Below are positions 58,151 through 64,000 of a DNA stretch of 64,000 nt, in pieces (the stretch's first letter is position 1; each line of letters opens with the position of its first letter). This DNA comes from Thermoleophilia bacterium. GTDB lineage: Bacteria > Actinomycetota > Thermoleophilia > UBA2241. A program made the translations under genes and the position numbers. The notes beneath the pieces are model-generated. The model did not search any database, had not been told where the DNA came from, and saw only the letters and a program-made list of their open reading frames with translations. Location of the stretch: assembly GCA_040776965.1 (NCBI GenBank), contig JAXGZO010000001.1, positions 396,675 to 460,674 on the forward strand, written 5' to 3'.

Positions 58151-59491
58151 ATGTTCCAAAAGGTCCTCATCGCCAACCGCGGCGAGATCGCTCTCCGCGT
58201 CATTCGCGCGTGTAAAGAGCTCGGGGTAAAGGCCGTGGCCGTGTACTCGGAGGCCGACGCCGACTGCCTGCACGTGCGGCACGCCGACGAGGCCGTCTGC
58301 ATCGGCCCAGCGGCGGCGGCGCAGAGCTACCTCATCATGCCCGCGCTCATCCAGGCGGCCCTGCAGACCGGGGCGCAGGCGATCCACCCGGGGTACGGCT
58401 TTTTGGCCGAGCGGGCCGAGTTCTCACGGCTCTGCCGCGAGCAGGGCATTAAATTCATCGGGCCGTCGCCGGAGTCCATCAACCTCATGGGCGACAAGGC
58501 CGCGGCGCGCACCACCATGACGGCCGCGGGCGTGCCGGTCACCCCCGGCTCCGAGGGCGTTATCGAAGACTTGGCGCAGGCCGAGGCCGTGGCGCACCGC
58601 ATCGGCCTGCCGGTGATGGTTAAGGCATCCGCCGGAGGCGGCGGCAAGGGCATCCGCATCGTCAAAGAGGCCTCAGAGTTGCAGAGCGCGGTGCGCCAGG
58701 CGCAGGCCGAGGCCGAGGCCGCCTTCGGCAACGGCGCCGTGTATGTAGAGAAGTACATCGAGGCGCCCCGGCACATCGAGATCCAGGTGCTCGCCGACGG
58801 CAAGGGGCACGGCATTCACCTCGGCGAGCGCGACTGCTCTATCCAGCGGCGCCACCAAAAGCTCATCGAGGAGGCGCCCTCACCGGCCGTCTCGCCCGAG
58901 CTGCGCAACCGCATGGGCGAGGCCGCCGTGGCCGCCGCCGTGGCGGCGGACTACGAGGGGGCCGGCACCGTCGAGTTCCTCCTCGACGCCGACGGCAGCT
59001 TCTACTTCATGGAGATGAACACCCGCGTGCAGGTGGAGCACTGCGTCACCGAGATGGTCACGGGTATCGACATCGTCAAGACGGGCATCCGCATCGCCGC
59101 CGGCGAGGGGCTCGCCTTTACGCAAGACGACGTGTGCGTGAGCGGCCACGCCATCGAGTTCCGCATCAACGCCGAGGACCCAGCGAGCAACTTCATGCCC
59201 TCGCCCGGCCCCGTAACGCGCTGGATGCCTCCCGGCGGGCCGTGGGTGCGTCTCGACAGCCACGTGTATGAGGGCTATATGGTGCCGCCGTTCTACGACA
59301 GCCTACTCGGCAAACTCATCGTGTGGGGGCGCGACCGCGAGGAGTGCCTCGCGCGCTCGCGGTGGGCGCTCGAGCAGTTCGTGGTGGAGGGCGTCAAAAC
59401 GGTGATCCCCTTCCACCGCATCGTGTTGGAGCACCCGCTCTTCGTCGCGGGTACCGTCAACACGCACTTCATCGAGGAGCACCTGGGCTGA
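58151..59491 (+). CDS. accC: Biotin carboxylase (acetyl-CoA carboxylase subunit AccC)
   Basis: [25 protein letters not shown]...[20 protein letters not shown] lies before the ATG at 58151. Confidence 0.9.
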   Translation: MFQKVLIANRGEIALRVIRACKELGVKAVAVYSEADADCLHVRHADEAVCIGPAAAAQSYLIMPALIQAALQTGAQAIHPGYGFLAERAEFSRLCREQGIKFIGPSPESINLMGDKAAARTTMTAAGVPVTPGSEGVIEDLAQAEAVAHRIGLPVMVKASAGGGGKGIRIVKEASELQSAVRQAQAEAEAAFGNGAVYVEKYIEAPRHIEIQVLADGKGHGIHLGERDCSIQRRHQKLIEEAPSPAVSPELRNRMGEAAVAAAVAADYEGAGTVEFLLDADGSFYFMEMNTRVQVEHCVTEMVTGIDIVKTGIRIAAGEGLAFTQDDVCVSGHAIEFRINAEDPASNFMPSPGPVTRWMPPGGPWVRLDSHVYEGYMVPPFYDSLLGKLIVWGRDREECLARSRWALEQFVVEGVKTVIPFHRIVLEHPLFVAGTVNTHFIEEHLG

Positions 59492-59528
59492 GGGCCGCTC
59501 GGCGGCGGGTGGGCTTCGCCGCCCGCCT

Positions 59529-60413
59529 TTAAAGCGGCTCGCCGTGCCCGTCTTCTGCGGCGGGGGAGAGGGAGAACCCCGCGGCGGCGATCTGCGCCGT
59601 GAGGTGTTCCACTGCTGGGGTAAGGCGGTCGGCGAGACTCGCAGCGGTGTCGCCGCGGGCGCTCAGGGTGAGGCGGAGCACACGCGTGCTCCCGAAGACC
59701 TTGGCGCGCGACTTAATATAGACGGCGGGGAAGGCCTCCTCCGCGCGCTCCAAAATGTCGGCGATCGCCGATTCGTCCTGGATGGCGACGGTGAGCTCGC
59801 GCTCCGCGTAGCTCGCCGGCCCGAAGATCGCGGCGAACACCTCCTCAAGCGACTGGTCGACGATCGCCATGAGCTCGGCGGGCACGCCGGGCAGCGAGAC
59901 GATCGCGGTGTCGCCGGAGCGGCTGAGCACGCCGGGCGCGCCGCCGACGGGGTTAATGAGTGGCGTGGCGCCGGCGGGGAGTCGCGCCATCTTGCGCCTG
60001 CTCTCGTTCATCTCGGCGAAGGGGACGAAGCCCCGGGCGTAGAACGCCGCGTACTGCGAGGCGACGAGTTGCTCGGCCTCTTGGTGGAGCGCGAGCTCGA
60101 CGCCGAGGCCGCGGGCGACGCCCTCGAGGGTGCGGTCGTCGGCGGTGGGGCCGAGGCCGCCGACCGTGAACACCAGGGCCGGCCGGCGCTCCAGGCAGCG
60201 GCGGATCTCATCCGCGATCGTCTCTACGTCGTCGCGGAGCATGGTGGTACGCCGCACGAGCCCGCCGAGTGAGGTGACGCGGGTGCAGAGCCAATTCGTG
60301 TTGGTGTCGAGTACGTCGCCGATGAGGATCTCGTTGCCGGCGGAGACGATCTCGACGATGGGCGCGGAGGAGGTAGCGTCGACCGCGCCTCGTCTCGGAA
60401 TAGATCCGCTCAT
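59529..60413 (-). CDS. CinA-like/MoaB-MogA-fold molybdopterin-binding-domain protein
   Basis: 294 aa. It has VFTVGGLGPTADDRTLEGVA (the MogA/MoaB/CinA N-terminal fold). Confidence 0.6.
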   Translation of the reverse strand: MSGSIPRRGAVDATSSAPIVEIVSAGNEILIGDVLDTNTNWLCTRVTSLGGLVRRTTMLRDDVETIADEIRRCLERRPALVFTVGGLGPTADDRTLEGVARGLGVELALHQEAEQLVASQYAAFYARGFVPFAEMNESRRKMARLPAGATPLINPVGGAPGVLSRSGDTAIVSLPGVPAELMAIVDQSLEEVFAAIFGPASYAERELTVAIQDESAIADILERAEEAFPAVYIKSRAKVFGSTRVLRLTLSARGDTAASLADRLTPAVEHLTAQIAAAGFSLSPAAEDGHGEPL

Positions 60414-60520
60414 GCGCCGAGTTTGGCAGACTTCGCCGCTGGCGGCAAGGTTCCCCTCGCTTCATGCTCGCTATCGGCCTCTTCCGGGTATACTTAACGT
60501 CATACGAGAGGGAGGAAACC

Positions 60521-61234
60521 GTGGCCATTAAACCCCTTGTGTTACTTCAGCACGAAGAAGAAAACCCGCCAGGCGAGATCGGTGCCGCCCTGGAGCGCGT
60601 CTCCATGCCGTTCGAGGTTCGACGTCTCGACCGCGGCGATGCGTTGCCGGTCTGGCCCGACGAGGCTTGCGGCATCATCAGTATCGGCGGCGCTCGTACC
60701 CTTGAGCAGCTCCGCGAGCTTCCGCACTACGCGGAGGAGAAGCAACTCATGCAGACCATCGTCCGCCAGGGCGGTCCCCTCTGGGGCGTTTGCCTGGGGG
60801 CGCAGCTGCTCACCCTCGCGTGTGGCGGCCAAGTGTGGCGCTCTCAGCGGGCGCCCGTCGGGTGGGTGCGGGTCCAGAAGGTCCTCGAGGATCCCCTTCT
60901 CGAGCGCGTCTCCTCGCCGTTCCCCGCTTTTAGTTGGCGCAAGCTCGCCTGTAGCGAGCCGCTTACCGCTCGCAGAGTAGCGAGCTCAGACGAGACGCCG
61001 TGGGTCTTCCGCGTCGGTGGGCGCGCCTGGGGCATTCAGTTTCACCCCGAGATCACCGCGGAGCTCGCCGAGCGCTGGCTGGCCGATATCCTTGAGGAGG
61101 AGGGCGACGCGGGCGATGAGTTCGTGGCGCAGCTGACCGTCGACACCGAGCAGTACCTCCCCATCAACGCGAGGTTCTGCCAGACCCTCACCGAGAACTT
61201 CGTGTACGCGAGCGGGTTGCTCCCGAGGCCGTAG
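60521..61234 (+). CDS. Class I glutamine amidotransferase-like protein
   Basis: PLWGVCLGAQLL is the catalytic Cys context. The GTG start follows GAGGGAGG. Confidence 0.65.
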   Translation: MAIKPLVLLQHEEENPPGEIGAALERVSMPFEVRRLDRGDALPVWPDEACGIISIGGARTLEQLRELPHYAEEKQLMQTIVRQGGPLWGVCLGAQLLTLACGGQVWRSQRAPVGWVRVQKVLEDPLLERVSSPFPAFSWRKLACSEPLTARRVASSDETPWVFRVGGRAWGIQFHPEITAELAERWLADILEEEGDAGDEFVAQLTVDTEQYLPINARFCQTLTENFVYASGLLPRP

Positions 61235-61254
61235 GCGCTTCGGGAACTCGTCGC

Positions 61255-62025
61255 TCAGCCCGCTGCGTTTTCAGCGATCCGCACCTCACAGAGGTCGGTA
61301 ACGGCTACGTCTGCGCCGTAGCGGAGGAGCTCCTGCGCCTGGCCGAGGCGGTCGACGCCGATCACGAGCCCGAATCCGCCGCGGCGGCCGGCCTCCACGC
61401 CCGAGAGGGCGTCTTCTACGACGACGGTACGCTCTGGCGTTACGCCGAGGCGGAGCGTCGCCTCGAGGTACACCGTTGGGTCTGGCTTGCCGGGGAGCCC
61501 GAGTTTCTCGGCCAAGAGGCCGTCGACGCGGACCTCGAAGAACTCACCGAGCTTGGTAACGGCGATCACCATCTCCGTGTTCTTGCTGGAGGAGATGAGG
61601 CCGGTTTTAAACCCCGCCGCTCGGAGGTCGTGCAGGAGCTTCACGGTGGAGTCGTACACTTTTACCCCGTGCTCGCTGACCTCGGCGTTAAAGAAGATGT
61701 TCTTGCGATTGCCGAGGCCACAGACGGTCTCGTACTCCGGTGGGTCCGAGGGGCTTCCCCACGGGAGCTCGATGCCGCGTGAGGCGAGGAAGTCGCGAAC
61801 GCCGTCGTACCGCGGCTTGCCGTCGACGTGGAGGCGGTAGTCGCTGGTGGCGTTAAACGGCCTGAAGTCGCGCCCCTCGTGGCCCGAGCGCGTCTTGAGG
61901 TAGCTGTCGAAGAGGGTCTTCCATGCGGCGGCGTGGACGAGCGACGTTTGCGTGACCACACCGTCGAGGTCGAAGACGACGGCGTCGAACGCTTCACGTG
62001 AGATGACGACGGGTTGCTGCTGCAC
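61255..62025 (-). CDS. HAD-family hydrolase (beta-phosphoglucomutase-like)
   Basis: FDAVVFDLDGVVTQT is HAD motif I, with downstream motifs (S/T ... K ... GDxxxD). Confidence 0.75.
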   Translation of the reverse strand: MQQQPVVISREAFDAVVFDLDGVVTQTSLVHAAAWKTLFDSYLKTRSGHEGRDFRPFNATSDYRLHVDGKPRYDGVRDFLASRGIELPWGSPSDPPEYETVCGLGNRKNIFFNAEVSEHGVKVYDSTVKLLHDLRAAGFKTGLISSSKNTEMVIAVTKLGEFFEVRVDGLLAEKLGLPGKPDPTVYLEATLRLGVTPERTVVVEDALSGVEAGRRGGFGLVIGVDRLGQAQELLRYGADVAVTDLCEVRIAENAAG

Positions 62026-62078
62026 GGAGACTCCTCCTCCAGGGTTTACGGTTGTTCTCTGCCCGCCGCGAGCGGGTT

Positions 62079-63893
62079 TTACGCCTTATCGGCGCCGGAT
62101 GGTGATGAAGGTGCGTACACTGATCGTACGCGGGCGATGAGCTCGGCTGCAAGTGCCCTCGGTTGAATTCGTCTGCCGGTGAGGGGGCGGAGGTCGAGCA
62201 CGCCCGCGTCGTGGCGGTGCTCCGCGACCCAGTCGGAGACGAGGAGCATCTCCTCAAGGAGGGTCGACCGGAGTGGACTATTGGAGGCTTTGGCTGTGGC
62301 GATAGCGGTGAGGATCTGCACAGCCTCCCCTTCGTCGAAGCCGCGGCAGCTCACCTGCCACTCCCCGACGATCGTACCCCCGCGGACGCCCCAGATCGTC
62401 GCCCTCCCCGTGCGCCGGGCAGGGTAGATGAGCAGGGCGTCGGTATGGTGAGCCGCCTTAAACCGTCGCATGCTGCGCAGCGCGCGCTCGAGGGCCGTGC
62501 GCTGGCCCTGTACCTGAGAGGCGCGGCTCGGGGAGGAGGTTCGAAGGTACTCCTCCTGGCGTCTGTGGAGCTCCGCGTCGAGCTCCCCGCCGTGGCCCGC
62601 GAGAACGCGGCGGAGGCGCTCGATGGTGCGGCTCCGCTCCTCCTCGGGGGCGGCTTGGTCTAAGGGGTAGGCGCTGGCGAGGCACGCGGCGAACTGGCGG
62701 GCCGTGCTCGACCTGCGGAACGGCCCGGCGAAGCTGGAGCCGTCGTCGCGGAGGTTCGGCGTGGCGGAGAGCCGGGGGCGCGGCCCGTTCGTCAGCTTGA
62801 CGTACCAACAGGGCCGATTGTGGTAGGTGCGGGGGTTGTAGGGCGGCTTGTGCTTGGCGACGAGCCGCCGTTCGAGCAGGAGCGCCGCGAACGCGGAGCC
62901 GGTCGGTACGCCCTCAATGCGCGCGAGGAGCTCGAGCGCCTGACGGGCGCGAAAGGTTTGCCGTTGGAGGAAGTGGTCGCGCGCGCCGCGGCGGATGTTC
63001 GCAGCCCTGCCGATGAGGAGGACCGCGTCGTCGGCGTCGCGCAGGAGATAGACGCCGGAGCAGGTGGGGAGCGCGTCGGTGAGGGAGATCTTGTGGTAGT
63101 TGCGTCGCTCCTCCGGCTCGCAGAAGCTGGCTACCTCCTCAAGGGTGGTGACGTCGCGCTCCTCCAGCCAGGAGAGGAAGAGGAGTAGGAGCTCGGCGGT
63201 GGCCTGAGCGTCGTGCAGGGCGCGGTGTGAGGGCTTGATCCGTGTGCCGTACGTAGCGCTGAGGTGTGCGAGCGAGCAGCGCTGCTGGGGGCAGAGTCGG
63301 CGGGCCATGCGCAGGGTGTCGAGCGCCGGCCGGCCGAAGGTCTCGCCGCACAGGCGCCCGAGTTCGTAGTCGAGAAACGCGAGGTCGAAGGGGGCGTTGT
63401 GGGCTACCAGCACTGAGTCCTTCGCGAACGCGGCGAAGCGCGGGAGCACCTCCTCAATGGGGGGTGCCTCCGCGACGGTGGCGTCGTCGATGCCGGTGAT
63501 CTTCGTGATCGTCGCCGGGATGGGAACGCCGGGGTTGACGAGCGAGGAGAAGGTGGCCGCCTCTCGGCCGCCCTCCAGGCGCACGGCGCCGATCTCCGTG
63601 ATCTTGGAGAAGCCGGGTGTGCCGCCCGTCGTCTCGAGGTCGACGACCGTGAAGGCGACCTCCTCAAGGCTTCGGCTGCGGGAGCTCCAGGAGCTCAAGC
63701 CTATGCGGGCGTCGTCCTCCCAGCAGAAGCGGTCGTCGCCGTCGACGATCTCGGCGATGAGCCGGCGGGCGAGTTTGGGTGGGGAGTCGGTGGCCGGAAA
63801 GAGGTGTGGCCACGCCTCTCGGTAGTCGATCGCTTCGCCCGTCCGCTCGAGGAGGGCGTGGAGATCGTCGGTAGTGGTGAGGGTGAGCTGCAC
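62079..63893 (-). CDS. DEDDh 3'-5' exonuclease (DnaQ-like) fused to a GIY-YIG nuclease domain
   Basis: FTVVDLETTGGTPGFSKITEIGAV (Exo I), AHNAPFDLAFL (Exo II) and HRALHDAQAT (Exo III), then SGVYLLRDADDAVLLIGRAANIRRGARDHF (GIY-YIG). Confidence 0.75.
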   Translation of the reverse strand: MQLTLTTTDDLHALLERTGEAIDYREAWPHLFPATDSPPKLARRLIAEIVDGDDRFCWEDDARIGLSSWSSRSRSLEEVAFTVVDLETTGGTPGFSKITEIGAVRLEGGREAATFSSLVNPGVPIPATITKITGIDDATVAEAPPIEEVLPRFAAFAKDSVLVAHNAPFDLAFLDYELGRLCGETFGRPALDTLRMARRLCPQQRCSLAHLSATYGTRIKPSHRALHDAQATAELLLLFLSWLEERDVTTLEEVASFCEPEERRNYHKISLTDALPTCSGVYLLRDADDAVLLIGRAANIRRGARDHFLQRQTFRARQALELLARIEGVPTGSAFAALLLERRLVAKHKPPYNPRTYHNRPCWYVKLTNGPRPRLSATPNLRDDGSSFAGPFRRSSTARQFAACLASAYPLDQAAPEEERSRTIERLRRVLAGHGGELDAELHRRQEEYLRTSSPSRASQVQGQRTALERALRSMRRFKAAHHTDALLIYPARRTGRATIWGVRGGTIVGEWQVSCRGFDEGEAVQILTAIATAKASNSPLRSTLLEEMLLVSDWVAEHRHDAGVLDLRPLTGRRIQPRALAAELIARVRSVYAPSSPSGADKA

Positions 63894-64000
63894 ACCGCTA
63901 TGGTACTTCGGGAGTGCGGGAGATGCACGGGTGAGCGCTCGTATGCATCGCCCCGGTTTGCGCTGCGGGCGCGCTCGTCGGTACGCTCCTCGGTGAAACG

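Overview
This is a GC-rich (roughly two-thirds G+C by eye) bacterial chromosomal window. Almost all of it is coding: about 60 genes. No rRNA, tRNA, CRISPR array, transposase or integrase was recognisable. Gene content points to an anaerobic or microaerophilic lifestyle. There is a selenocysteine-containing formate dehydrogenase with a SECIS hairpin. There is a rubredoxin / flavodiiron protein / flavin reductase O2- and NO-detoxification operon. There is a DUF134 / NifX-like / Mrp / DUF5320 Fe-S neighbourhood. There is a CoxMSL-type molybdopterin hydroxylase operon. There are also peroxiredoxins and an OsmC-family protein. The window also holds a complete Pho regulon block (phoU-pstBACS-phoR-phoP). 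The phoR gene appears to be interrupted by a frameshift. Cell-envelope genes include an SLH-domain NlpC/P60 hydrolase, a SpoIID/LytB-like protein, a GT4 glycosyltransferase and a dTDP-L-rhamnose operon (rmlACDB). The most striking feature lies at about 9.1 to 18.3 kb: a tandem array of nine paralogous type IV pilin genes. They share a class III signal peptide (KGQGG|FTLIELLVV), a central SPWPxNPW motif and a C-terminal ITVP. Two hypervariable segments separate these conserved parts. Each complete cassette carries a conserved 5' leader motif and a conserved GC-rich 3' stem-loop. Two copies have lost the promoter-proximal N-terminal region and look like silent cassettes. The rml operon is embedded inside the array. 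A pair of inverted repeats about 320 bp long, formed by two pilin 5' ends, flanks the block that contains five pilin copies plus the rml genes. I read this as a candidate pilin-variation / pilin-glycosylation locus. Other points worth a second look are an anomalous poly-G/poly-C tract upstream of the molybdopterin hydroxylase operon (likely an assembly artefact) and a 52-codon rubredoxin gene absent from the ORF track. There is also a purine- or histidine-fermentation-like theme (molybdopterin hydroxylase, formiminotransferase, Sec-containing formate dehydrogenase). All product calls come from reading the translated ORFs; no database search was possible.
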